NCBI GenBank assembly: GCA_002269645.1 | Contig: NIVC01000539.1 | Coordinates: forward strand, 124,001 to 188,000 | Reading direction: 5' to 3' | DNA: 64,000 nt | Source: Macrostomum lignano | Taxonomy: Eukaryota | Shown: positions 25,408-36,673 of the stretch, in pieces | Layout: each line of letters starts with the position of its first letter | How positions within the stretch are numbered: position 1 is the first letter of the stretch | Notes under the pieces: generated by a model | The model's input: only the letters and a program-made list of their open reading frames with translations | Database searches by the model: none | What the model was told of the DNA's origin: nothing | Translations under genes and position numbers: made by a program

Positions 25408-26770
25408 CCTTCCAGATCCTCTGTTGCTGGGCCATCACCAGCCTCCCAGATTCTCAGTTGCTGGGCAGCCACCCTCCCAGATCCTCGGTTGCTGGGCCAT
25501 CACCAGCCTCCCAGATCCTCAGTTGCTGGGCCATCACCAGCCTCCCAGATCCTCGGTTGCTGGGCCATCACCAGCCTCCCAGATCATCGGTTGCTGGGCC
25601 ATCGCCATACCAGATCCTTTAGCTTTAGTTTGGCTACTCCCAGATTCTCAGTTGCTGGGCAGCCACCCTCCCAGATTCTCAGTTGCTGGGCAGCCACCCT
25701 CCCAGATTCTCAGTTGCTGGGCAGCCACCCTCCCAGATTCTCAGTTGCTGGGCAGCCACCCTCCCAGATTCTCAGTTGCTGGGCAGCCACCCTCCCAGAT
25801 TCTCAGTTGCTGGGCAGCCACCCTCCCAGATTCTCAGTTGCTGGGCAGCCACCCTCCCAGATCCTCAGTTGCTGGGCAGCCACCCTCCCAGATTCTCAGT
25901 TGCTGGGCAGCCACCCTCCCAGATCCTCGGTTGCTGGGCCATCACCAGCCTCCCAGATCCTCGGTTGCTGGGCCATCACCAGCCTCCCAGATCCTCGGTT
26001 GCTGGGCCATCACCAGCCTCCCAGATCATCGGTTGCTGGGCCATCACCAGCCTCCCAGATCATCGGTTGCTGGGCCATCGCCATACCAGATCCTTTAGCT
26101 TTAGTTTGGCTACTCCCAGATTCTCAGTTGCTGGGCAGCCACCCTCCCAGATTCTCAGTTGCTGGGCAGCCACCCTCCCAGATTCTCAGTTGCTGGGCAG
26201 CCACCCTCCCAGATTCTCAGTTGCTGGGCAGCCACCCTCCCAGATCCTCAGTTGCTGGGCAGCCACCCTCCCAGATTCTCAGTTGCTGGGCAGCCACCCT
26301 CCCAGATCCTCGGTTGCTGGGCCATCACCAGCCTCCCAGATCCTCGGTTGCTGGGCCATCACCAGCCTCCCAGATCCTCGGTTGCTGGGCCATCACCAGC
26401 CTCCCAGATCATCGGTTGCTGGGCCATCACCAGCCTCCCAGATCCTCGGTTGCTGGGCCATCACCAGCCTCCCAGATCCTCGGTTGCTGGGCCATCACCA
26501 GCCTCCCAGATCATCGGTTGCTGGGCCATCACCAGCCTCCCAGATCCTCGGTTGCTGGGCCATCACCAGCCTCCCAGATCATCGGTTGCTGGGCCATCAC
26601 CAGCCTCCTAGATCATCGGTTGCTGGGCCATCACCAGCCTCCCAGATCCTCGGTTGCTGGGCCATCACCAGCCTCCCAGATCATCGGTTGCTGGGCCATC
26701 ACCAGCCTCCCAGATCCTCGGTTGCTGGGCCATCGCCATACCAGATCCTTTAGCTTTAGTTTGGCTACTC
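25408..26770 (+). repeat. Composite 31/34-bp minisatellite with higher-order blocks
   Basis: Units cccagattctcagttgctgggcagccaccct (31) and cccagatcctcggttgctgggccatcaccagcct (34). Spacer gccataccagatcctttagctttagtttggctact occurs three times (about 25603, 26080, 26735). Confidence 0.95.
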
Positions 26771-26794
26771 CAAATGCACTCTTTGTACTCACAG

Positions 26795-26832
26795 TGTACT
26801 TCAACTCTGAGCTGAGAGAAAGCGAGATGAAA
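26795..26832 (+). CDS. Possible 38-nt exon (YFNSELRESEMK)
   Basis: Good acceptor ctttgtactcacAG and donor GTAAGA. Phase 1 in, phase 0 out, so an additional unseen exon is needed to connect it to 24418. Confidence 0.3.
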
Positions 26833-27805
26833 GTAAGATAAAATGAAGATGAGCAAAGGCAGTAACTGAGCAGGAGCCTGTACTCACAGAAAGTTAATTA
26901 GTGAATTTAATTATCACAATATTTCAAGTGCTGGCAGATACTAATTCCCGACTCCTCCTTGATGGGGATTGCAAAAGGGCCAAGCCCAGGGATTCTCTGT
27001 GGAATGTAATGTCGCACTATCAACACTATGGAATCATCAACACTATGCTATTAGTAAAACTAGCCAATGCTTTCTAGCGGGAGTATTTTCTAGAATCACT
27101 TTTTTCACACAGTTTTGGCTACTTTCAGTAGTATTTTGGCTATTCAGTTGTGTCAGAATTGGACAGTACGACATCTGTAATTTTTTATCATCGTCCTTTC
27201 CAGCTGCTTTTGTCACCTGTTGACAGAGTCCGCAGGGGATTGACTCACCTGTGAAAATTTGAAGTTGATGCTTCGCTTTAAAGTTACAGCAGTGGAGACG
27301 AACTCAATTCCTTGAGTTCTTATTCTTGATGGCAGCTGGGAAAAGCCTGGCGGATTAAAAATCTGAGTCAATTTGAGTTCTAGCCGAGCAGCTGTCTGCA
27401 GATTATCAACTCGGTGGGACGGGGATTTGCTGAGGCCATCTTCAGTTCATGGGGATGCAGGCGGCACCGATCAGGGCCGGTGCGTGGGCGGCTGTCACGG
27501 CGGGGCAGCGTGCTGCCGCTGCTGCTATAGCGACTTTAGGCCTGCTCAAGCTCTCATCTACATGTAAAGCCGAAGGAAGAATTTCTTCTGGGTGCTTTCA
27601 GAGATAAGTTCTGCTTTTCTTGACGCCTCAGACTGGTGCACCGCATATTTTATGGCATTCTTCATGTCCTACAGGATCTATAGAGTCGAAGGCAAGCCGA
27701 GAAACACTTTGGGGGCATTGAGAAACTTACTTAAAACGAATCAAAAGCCAAGCTCTCTCAAGCAACTCCTGTCCGTCTCTTTTTTCAACTCTTTACCCCC
27801 TCCCC

Positions 27806-28540
27806 AAATCCATCGCAATGTACACACACTCTGACCCTCCAAATCCATCGCAATGTACACACACTCTGACCCTCTAAATCCATCGCAATGTACACACACT
27901 CTGACCCTCTAAATCCATCGCAATGTACACACACTCTGACCCTCCAAATCCATCGCAATGTACACACACTCTGACCCTCCAAATCCATCGCAATGTACAC
28001 ACACTCTGACCCTCCAAATCCATCGCAATGTACACACACTCTGACCCTCTAAATCCATCGCAATGTACACACACTCTGACCCTCCAAATCCATCGCAATG
28101 TACACACACTCTGACCCTCCAAATCCATCGCAATGTACACACACTGTGACCCTCTAAATCCATCGCAATGTACACACACTCTGACCCTCCAAATCCATCG
28201 CAATGTACACACACTCTGACCCTCTAAATCCATCGCAATGTACACACACTCTGACCCTCTAAATCCATCGCAATGTACACACACTCTGACCCTCTAAATC
28301 CATCGCAATGTACACACACTCTGACCCTCTAAATCCATCGCAATGTACACACACTCTGACCCTCTAAATCCATCGCAATGTACACACACTCTGACCCTCT
28401 AAATCCATCGCAATGTACACACACTCTGACCCTCTAAATCCATCGCAATGTACACACACTCTGACCCTCCAAATACATTTCAATGTACGCACTCTCTGAC
28501 CCTCCAAATCCATCGCAATGTACACACACTCTGACCCTCT
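27806..28540 (+). repeat. 35-bp minisatellite (aaatccatcgcaatgtacacacactctgaccctcy), about 21 copies
   Basis: Direct tandem repeats. Confidence 0.95.
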
Positions 28541-28819
28541 AAAATATCCCCACTTCATTTCAATGTAAGCACACAATACCCTTCAAAACAATCTGAGCCC
28601 ATCAAAACAGACAGGCTCACGAATTCTTCTCCTCAAAACTCTAGCATAGAAAGTTGCATTAATATTGATATTTCATTGTCATCATGTCCGCATTTTGCTG
28701 CCACTCTCCCTGCTTCTCTCCGCCGAGAGCTCCCATTCGCTGTCGAATCATAAATAAGCATAACTTGGGATAACCCTGCGGCAGGTCGGGCATATAGAAT
28801 AAGGTTTTAACTCTATCAG

Positions 28820-29116
28820 TAGCATTTGCCCCGAGCATTGAGGTGATGTCGGAGCCCAGCTCTCATCTCAGCCTGTTGCCAGGCAGCTGGCGTCATCAGC
28901 GAGACTCGCCTCCCATTGATGAGGAGGAAATTTACCAGAGAAGTCGCGGCCCCAGCTCTAAGAATCCGCCATCCGTTCGGGCCCGTTACAGGTGGCGCGA
29001 ACGGCTGCTGCACGTGATCCGGTCCAATGTTGCGCAGATCATCCTGTGCGCTCTGGTGCTCATCGATGCGGTCATTGTCATAGCTGAGATCATCCTGGAG
29101 ATCAAGGCCATCACCA
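28820..29116 (+). CDS. HVCN1: Hv voltage-gated proton channel exon: S0 and S1 (5' boundary uncertain; in-frame ATG at 28846)
   Basis: WRERLLHVIRSNVAQIILCALVLIDAVIVIAEIILEIK aligns by eye with human Hv1 S1 (LVVLDALLVLAELILD; D112 and E119 equivalents). Donor a|GTGAGT at 29117, phase 1. Confidence 0.85.
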
Positions 29117-29184
29117 GTGAGTTCTTCGCGGACTGGGGCGCGGGATGAGCCTGGTCTGGCTCAGTGATTTGTTTGTGCTAACCG

Positions 29185-30052
29185 ATAGATGAAGGAATAG
29201 AGAGGGTTGCTAATCTAGCCAACATCATGATTGATGAAGGAATAGAATGGATTGCTAATCTAACCAACATTATGATTGATAAAGGAATAAATGGATAGCT
29301 AATCTAGCCAACATTATGATTGATGAAGGAATAGAATGGATTGCTAATCTAGCCAACATCATGATTAATGAAGGAATAAATGGATTGCTAATCTAGCCTG
29401 CATCATGATTGATGAAGGAATAGAATGGATTACTAATCTAGCCTGCATCATGATTGATGAAGGAATAGAATGGATTGCTAATCTAGCCTGCATCATGATT
29501 GATGAAGGAATGGAATGGATTGCTAATCTAGCCTGCATCATGATTGATGAAGGAATAAATGGATTGCTAATCTAGCCTGCATCATGATTGATGAAGGAAT
29601 GGAATGGATTGCTAATCTAGCCTGCATCATGATTAATGAAGGAATAAATGGATAGCTAATCTAGCCTGCATCATGATTGATGAAGGAATGGAATGGATTG
29701 CTAATCTAGCCTGCATCATGATTGATGAAGGAATAGAATGGATTGCTAATCTAGCCAACATTATGATTAATGAAGGAATGGAATGGATTGCTAATCTAGC
29801 CTGCATCATGATTGATGAAGGAATGGAATGGATTGCTAATCTAGCCTGCATCATGATTGATGAAGGAATAGAATGAATTGCTAATCTAGCCAACATCATG
29901 ATTGATGAAGGAATAAATGGATTGCTAATCTAGCCTACATCATGGATACAGGAATAGAGTGAATTGCTAATCTAGCCTACATCATGGATGCAGGAATAGA
30001 GTGGATTGCTAATCTAGCCAACATCACGGATGAAAGAATAGAATGAATTGCT
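29185..30052 (+). repeat. 44-45-bp minisatellite (atgattgatgaaggaatagaatggattgctaatctagcctgcatc), about 19 copies
   Basis: Direct tandem repeats within the Hv intron. Confidence 0.95.
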
Positions 30053-30909
30053 GTTTCATACCAGTAAAGAAGAATCAGAGCCATAATTCCATACATTTGA
30101 AGTCAGCAGCCATTAGAAAATGTCTCTTGACAAGCTGACCGCTAAATGCCGCCCATCCTGGCAACACAACTCATAACTGCCTTTCCTTGCTTTCTTACTC
30201 GCCAAAGAGTGGATCAGCCCTTCACTGTCACTGAGTGCATGTCGCCAGGTCATTCATTACGGCCAGAAGTGCACCCGCTGAATCCCCTGGAATCCCAGCA
30301 CTCCCGGAGTCGTCCATCATCTGCGAATTGTCGCTTTGTATTTTTGCACCCTAAGATTCTTCAAGTTGGCCTCGCACAATGCGGCAGAGCCACAGTTTCC
30401 ACTTTCGCTATAAAATAATATATGCATCCTATAGTTATGATTGACAGTTCGAGTTTGGGCAGAAAATCTAAAAAACCGCACCCTACTTGGGATGGAGTTC
30501 GGTTCGAATGGGGTATTGGTATTTCTATGAAATCAATTATAAAGGTAATTATTATCTTAGATTTGTTATAGCTGGATAAATAATAAAGGCAGGCAGTGGA
30601 GGGAAATGGAAAAGTGAACGGAGAATTATTGATGGAATGAATTGACCTTTTAATGGACTGGCACACAAGGAGTTCAGAATCTATGCTCATATTAGGAAGC
30701 ATTGGTGCAGACAATTAGTTGTCTAGCAGAAGCAAAGTTGCGACAAAAGAGGCCAATAGTTGCTAGCAGTCCGGGAAAGGTGAGTAGTCAGACTGCAAAG
30801 AAACAAAACAAAAAGCTTTTGTGGCTTTTGTAGCGTGAGTACGCTCGTACTCAAAACAAAAGCACTTCGTTGGTCCTACTGGATTGCCTGCTTTTAGAAG
30901 GCTTTTGCC

Positions 30910-31461
30910 ACCTGAATGGATTAGTGATGTGTCAGTCCAAATGGTTCAACCATGGACCTGAATGGATTAGTGATGTGTCAGTCCAAATGGTTCAACCATG
31001 GACCTGAATGGATTAGTGATGTGTCAGTCCAAATGGTTCAACCATGGACCTGAATGGATTAGTGATGTGTCAGTCCAAATGGTTCAACCATGGACCTGAA
31101 TGGATTAGTGATGTGTCAGTCCAAATGGTTCAACCATGGACCTGAATGGATTAGTGATGTGTCAGTCCAAATGGTTCAACCATGGACCTGAATGGATTAG
31201 TGATGTGTCAGTCCAAATGGTTCAACCATGGACCTGAATGGATTAGTGATGTGTCAGTCCAAATGGTTCAACCATGGACCTGAATGGATTAGTGATGTGT
31301 CAGTCCAAATGGTTCAACCATGGACCTGAATGGATTAGTGATGTGTCAGTCCAAATGGTTCAACCATGGACCTGAATGGATTAGTGATGTGTCAGTCCAA
31401 ATGGTTCAACCATGGACCTGAATGGATTAGTGATGTGTCAGTCCAAATGGTTCAACCATGG
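30910..31461 (+). repeat. 46-bp perfectly homogeneous minisatellite, 12 copies
   Basis: Unit acctgaatggattagtgatgtgtcagtccaaatggttcaaccatgg; no variants seen. Confidence 0.95.
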
Positions 31462-31528
31462 ACGACTTTATTCAAGCAGCTGGACTGGAGTCTACTCGTA
31501 ATCTAGGATTCCACATGGTTCAACAAAA

Positions 31529-31925
31529 ACTCAGATTCCGAATCCCAACTCAGATCCCGAATCCCAACTCAGATCCCGAATCCCAACTTAGATCCCAAAT
31601 CCCAGCTCCGATGCGGAATCCCAACCCAGATCCCGAATCCCAACTCAGATCCCGAATCCCAACTCAGATCCCGAATCCCAACTCAGATCTCGAATCCCAA
31701 CTCAGATCCAAAATCCCAGCTCCGATGCGGAATCCCAACCCAGATCCCGAATCCCAACTCAGATCCCGAATCCCAACTCAGATCCCGAATCCCAACTCAG
31801 ATCTCGAATCCCAACTCAGATCCAAAATCCCAGCTCCGATGCGGAATCCCAACTCAGATCCCGAATCCAAATTGAGATTCCATTACAAACACAAAATTCT
31901 ATATCCGATCCCAGATCCCAACTCA
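31529..31925 (+). repeat. 19-bp minisatellite (cccgaatcccaactcagat) with 114-bp higher-order period
   Basis: Variant block cccagctccgatgcggaatcc recurs about every 114 bp. Confidence 0.9.
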
Positions 31926-31959
31926 AATTAAATCCCTTCTCAAACAACCCTTGCGACAG

Positions 31960-32549
31960 GCGAGAAGGTGGCCCTGGAAGGCGCCTTCGTCAAGACCGCC
32001 AGCTTCGTGAACGAGACCTTCGCAAACTGCCTGTCGGAGCGCGGCCTGCTGCTGCCCGAGTTCACCCAGCGCCTGCTCTCGTCGCCGCAGTTTGCAGAGC
32101 GCCTGGCCTCCAGCATGCTGAACATCCTGCTGGCCCTCGGCGGCCACAACTCCAGCTCGGTGTGCAACGTCACAGGGGTCGCCACGGCGGTGGCTTCGGC
32201 GGGCTCCGCGGCTGCGTCCTCCTCGCCGGCGGCGGCGGCAGCGGCTGCTCGTTCGTCAACAGCTGGACGACCGGCGTCGGCAACTGCCGCTGGACTCCGG
32301 TTGAGACGGGCGGCAAGCGGGGGCGGCAGCAGCGGAGGCGGCGGCGGCGGAGGCGGCAGCAGTGGAGGCGGCGGCGGCGGAGTTCGAATATTCAGCAGCT
32401 ACCAGCAGGATTACAGCCACGCGAAGCTGCTGCACGACGTGTCCTCGGTGCTGCACTACGTCAGCATCGGCATTCTGGGCCTGTTCGTGCTGGAGGTGGC
32501 ACTGAAAGTTGCCTGCTTGGGACGGAACTTCGTGAGGGAAAAATTTGAG
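31960..32549 (+). CDS. HVCN1: Hv exon: very long S1-S2 loop, S2 and S2-S3 linker
   Basis: Acceptor gacAG|gc (phase 1, matches 29116). Open frame ending VLHYVSIGILGLFVLEVALKVACLGRNFVREKFE, matching human FHYMSITILVFFMMEIIFK...KFE (H140, F150, E153, K157, E171 equivalents). Donor GAG|GTAAAG. Confidence 0.9.
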
Positions 32550-32612
32550 GTAAAGTTTTACTTGTCTGTTAGAATTTTAGCTCACTAGAGAGGACTGGGG
32601 AATAGCAGGGAG

Positions 32613-32799
32613 AGCAGACAGGGAAACAGCACGGAGACAGGATGTGGGGAGGGGAACAGACAGGGAAACAGCACGGAGACAGAATGTGGGGAGGGGAACA
32701 GACAGGGAAACAGCACGGAGACAGGATGTGGGGAGGGGAACAGACAGGGAAACAGCACGGAGACAGGATGTGGGGAGGGGAACAGACAGGGAAACAGCA
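32613..32799 (+). repeat. 42-bp minisatellite, about 4.4 copies
   Basis: Unit gagacaggatgtggggaggggaacagacagggaaacagcacg. Confidence 0.9.
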
Positions 32800-33329
32800 T
32801 TTAATTTGGCCAAATTAAGCTTCCCGAGGAAAGGTATGCGGAAAATCAAAAGAACATTTAGTGAAAAAAGACTAGCTAGGACTAAAAGTCTTTTATGACT
32901 GACTGTATGGAAACAAGGTTCAAGGTGGCCAGGGGGGTGTTTTGGCAGGAAGTGCGTGCAGGCGCAAACAGGGGGGCTGTCGGTCATGGAAGACGAGCAG
33001 GGAAATTCCATTCTGCCCAGTCTGGTCCGGGAAGGGGAGGGGTACAGAGAGACAGAGAGGAGCGGCGTAAGAATGCCGAAAGTAAAAGTAATGATAACAG
33101 GGCCTTGGACACGGACCTGTGCCGTGCGTGTGCCAAGGAGTGGCCTTGAGAGATAGAAAGCACTCGGAATTCTACAGGGGTGATGTGGACCAGTGAAACA
33201 GGGGCTAGTGAAACAGGATATTCATACTTGCGGAGCCAAGTTGGGGTGGCGGCATGTTCCAGCGAATATTTCTGCTGGGACCACCCACCCCGCGATGCTG
33301 AGGTACTAATTACTGACTGATTGTGTGAT

Positions 33330-33560
33330 TGTGGCTGCATGAATCAGCACTGAGTGTGTGATTGTGCCTGCGGGACTCAGCACTGAGTGAGTGAGATTGT
33401 GGCTGCGGGACTCAGCACTGAGTGAGTGAGATTGTGGCTGCGGGACTCAGCACTGAGTGAGTGAGATTGTGGCTGCGGGACTCAGCACTGAGTGTGTGAT
33501 TGTGGCTGCGGGACTCAGCACTGAGTGTGTGATTGTGGCTGCGGGACTCAGCACTGTGTG
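33330..33560 (+). repeat. 35-bp minisatellite with internal ctgagt/actcag inverted repeat, about 6.5 copies
   Basis: Unit ctgagtgagtgagattgtggctgcgggactcagca. Confidence 0.9.
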
Positions 33561-33620
33561 TGACTGAGAGACAGACTGCAAAAGAGATTTACGACCCAAT
33601 GTGACTGTACACCCGCGCAG

Positions 33621-33744
33621 ATCGTGGACGCCACAGTGATCCTGATCTCATTCGTGGCAGACATCGTGTTCGTGAAGCTGGAATCCACAGAGGTGTCTGT
33701 CATGGTTCTGTTCCTGCTGTGGCGCATTGTCCGCGTCATCAATG
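33621..33744 (+). CDS. HVCN1: Hv exon: S3 and S4
   Basis: Acceptor cgcAG, phase 0. IVDATVILISFVADIVFVKLESTEVSVMVLFLLWRIVRVING matches human ILDAVVVVVSFILD...LRLWRVARIING (D174, D185, W207, R208, R211, N214 equivalents). Donor g|GTGAGT. Missed by the ORF track. Confidence 0.9.
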
Positions 33745-33984
33745 GTGAGTTATAGCCAGTCTCCTAATTAAATTAATGGGCATCACTAGTTTGGGAAAGA
33801 TATTGTCTTTTTGCCAATGAAATTCAAATTCAGACATGAAGACTTTTTTTCTAAAATTGAATTTTCAATATTGCTTTTGATTAATTGAAAAAGGCTTTTT
33901 AACGACTTTTTGGTAGGGTTGTTCGCTAATTGCTTTCAGAAACTCAATGTGATTAATTTTATTGCTGCGGAATATTGCTGCGTA

Positions 33985-34085
33985 TTTATACTGTACACAC
34001 GCTCACTCAGGGTGTACATCGGCCCTGGCTTTCTAATCGGCAGACATGTACACTGTCTGTGCCTTGAGGGTTGGCGCTTGATCAG
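33985..34085 (-). mobile_element. Second, partial copy of the SINE body
   Basis: Reverse complement aagcgccaaccctcaaggcacagacagtgtacatg...agggccgatgtacaccctgagtgag is similar to 23146-23228. Confidence 0.5.
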
Positions 34086-34664
34086 GGAAGAACGGGTTTG
34101 TAAGCATGCAGCGTTAGAGCTTAGGAACTTTTCGCAATGCCAAAAAGAAGATTCGTTTTGGTCAGCCATCCGCTATAACTGGAGGCAGAGGCCCGAACTT
34201 GCCAATGCATTTCACGAGTATTTGTTTGCCTTTTCCCGGGACTGACTGGCACCTGCGCGCCAGGTGCGGCAGTGCCTGCAAGCCTCTCCGGCCCTCCTGC
34301 TGTGGGATGCAATTTCAGCTGGAAACTGCGGGGATTACAAGCGGGCTCAGGTGTTAATTTGTAATCGGCGAGCTGAAATAACTGCATTCTACAAGCTATC
34401 ACAGCTTATTAATGGCGTACACACTGTAGTAGTGCATGCCAAGTAGTTCTCCCCTGGTTTTATACTGTTAATTACACGGTTCGTTTGTACCAAAGTGATT
34501 GGGTGCGAGGCTGGACTTTTCATGGATGCGGCAGTTTCCAGCTGGGCTTTCGCGAGTTTTAGGGCTTCCGTGTAAAGCCAAGTTTAATTTTGGGGCTTCT
34601 GCACGAAAATTGGCCGAAGGCTGTACATGCCGTACTATGGGAGGAGTCTGGGCTGTACACCCTG

Positions 34665-35317
34665 CAGGGACGTCGCCACCGGGGGGACATGTCCCCCCCC
34701 CCAGTAAAAGCTATGGGGGGACATGCCAATGCTTTGTCCCCCCCCACCCCACCTTGTTGACCCGTTATGGAAATCAATAATTTTGCTTCAGGGCGACAAA
34801 ACATAGCGCCTGCGGCACCAAAATGAGCGCCTGCGGCACCAAAATGAGCGCCTGCGGTGCCAAAATGAGCGCCTGCGGCACCAAAATGAGCGCCTGCGGC
34901 ACCAAAATGAGCGCCTGCGGTGCCAAAATGAGCGCCTGCGGTGCCAAAATGAGTGTCTGCGGCGCTAAAATGAGTACCTGCGGCGCCAAAATGGGTACCT
35001 GCAGCGCCAAAATGTGTGGCCAAAATGAGTACCTGCGGTGCCAAAATGAGCGCCTGCGGCACCAAAATGAGCGCCTGCGGTGCCAAAATAAGTGTCTGCG
35101 GCGCTAAAATGGTGCCTGTGGCGCCAAAATGAGGGCCTGTGGCGCCAAAATGAGTGCCTGCAGCGCGAAAATGAGTGCCTGCGGCGCCAAAATGATCGAT
35201 GACAACACCGATTTGGAAATAAGTACATGTACAATAGGAATTTTGTCATGTAAATGTACATGTAGAAGTCTGGGCTTTGTCCCCCCCCCCACCATAAAAT
35301 CCATGGCGATGTCCCTG
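34665..35317. mobile_element. hAT-type MITE with internal 21-bp tandem array (gcgcctgcggcaccaaaatga, about 34805-35190)
   Basis: TIRs CAGGGACGTCGCCA / TGGCGATGTCCCTG (13/14). No clean TSD (ACACCCTG vs ACTGTGTG). Confidence 0.65.
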
Positions 35318-35423
35318 ACTGTGTGAGCGCCTGCGTACAGTATCAGGGGTCGCATGGATGTGGTATAGCAACATAATCGTGACAGTGACGCTCACACAAA
35401 GCCGCTTTGGTCGCCCCTGACAG

Positions 35424-35539
35424 GCCTGATGATGCACGAGAAGCAGAGGGACGAATTTCGAATTCAACTGCAGAAGCGAGCCCGGCGAATGTCCGAGATG
35501 AAGTGCGACACCCTGGAGACAGAGCGCGACCTTCAAGAG
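35424..35539 (+). CDS. HVCN1: Hv exon: C-terminal coiled-coil start
   Basis: Acceptor ctgacAG|gc (phase 1, completing the Gly of ING). GLMMHEKQRDEFRIQLQKRARRMSEMKCDTLETERDLQE. Donor GAG|GTTTGT, phase 0. Confidence 0.75.
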
Positions 35540-35650
35540 GTTTGTTTGCCTGCTGCAAAACAATTTGTTTGTTTCTTTTAGCAATGAATTGATAATATGT
35601 CACTTTTTAGACTACCGAATTGCGACTGAAGCACGCGCGCAGGCTTATTT

Positions 35651-35910
35651 CAAGGACTACGTTTCTTGAACAATTTAGAAGGCAGGTTTTACTGAAATAA
35701 TACATTACGGAGCTTTGGAGTTTTCATTTTATCAGCACAGAAGGCAGACCCAATGCTCATCTTATCCTACGCATCAAAAGCAACTACAATTTTTGTGCTG
35801 AAAAAATGAAAACCTCCTATCTCCGTAATGTACTTTTTAGGTAAAAACTGCCTCCTAGAAATTTTCCAAGAAACGTATAGTTTCCGGTCGTTCTAGCTGA
35901 GTAGTTCTTG
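35651..35910. mobile_element. Degenerate P-like MITE with long imperfect inverted arms
   Basis: Ends CAAGGACTAC / GTAGTTCTTG; ~85-bp imperfect inverted arms; flanks GCTTATTT / GTTTATAT (6/8). Confidence 0.55.
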
Positions 35911-36094
35911 GTTTATATCATTAAAAAATTTCGATTAAAAGCACTAATTAGAGTTTTGCCCGAACTTTGCTTTCTCATCAAAAAATATGACTAGTCAAAA
36001 AAGTCAAAAAAGTTCTTGTTTAGTTCTCAAACTTGAGAGAGATAATTTGACAATAAGATTCACTTCAGCCTAACCCTACACCGGATTACCGCAG

Positions 36095-36173
36095 AAGCAG
36101 ATCCTGTTCCTGGAGGAGCTCTGCCGCGAGCTCGGCGGAAGCGAAGATCAAATCGGCAACTGCAAGCCGCGGT
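36095..36173 (+). CDS. HVCN1: Hv exon: end of coiled coil (KQILFLEELCRELGGSEDQIGNCKPR)
   Basis: Acceptor ccgcAG phase 0, high GC3, heptad-like; donor t|GTGAGT phase 1. Read-through would give CELL-stop at about 36187. Confidence 0.7.
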
Positions 36174-36673
36174 GTGAGTTGCTCTGACTGCTAAATTGCT
36201 CCAATTAATCTCTTAGACAGTCGGCTCTCACCAATTGCTAAATTAACAAAAGCATTACGACCAACGCGTTGGTTAAAAGCTTGGAAGCAGACTTGTTGCC
36301 TACTAGATTTCTTGTGCTTTTTTGTGAGCAAGCAATGCAGATGGAGCAGTTATAGAGGAAAAGAGATCGAAGCTGCTTATTAGCCAATTCCCAAATGAAA
36401 GCGTAGAGGCGGCTGGCTTTTTCATCATTGCCGAAAAAAGGGGCTAAAAACAGATTCTTGATGCAACTGATGCAGCAGCCCACTCAGGGCTGGAAACTGC
36501 GCGGAGGAAGGCGCATTACTAGCAAATGCTGGCTGCATCTCTTTGTCTAAGCACAGCTTTTTTATGCAGGTATTATTACCTGACATCAAATTTGTCGGAG
36601 TGAGAACGTAAGGGAACCAATCAGGGATAGGTTTAGAAATGAAATTGTTACAAGATTGCACTATTCCTTTGGC

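Noticed and set aside
27560-27680. Minus-strand protein-like stretch DMKNAIKYAVHQSEASRKAELISESTQKKFFLRLYM-stop after a possible acceptor (nested antisense gene)
   Set aside because: No recognisable family and no partner exons identified; cannot be supported without a search or RNA data.
33910-34245. 111-aa ORF inside the Hv intron
   Set aside because: Overlaps an antisense SINE fragment, lacks GC3 bias and matches no family I recognise.
28820-36173. Alternative identity as TMEM266, voltage-sensing phosphatase or a Kv/Nav voltage sensor
   Set aside because: The S1 Asp, S4 Trp (WRxxRxxN), absence of pore or PTEN domains after S4 and a following coiled coil all fit the Hv family.
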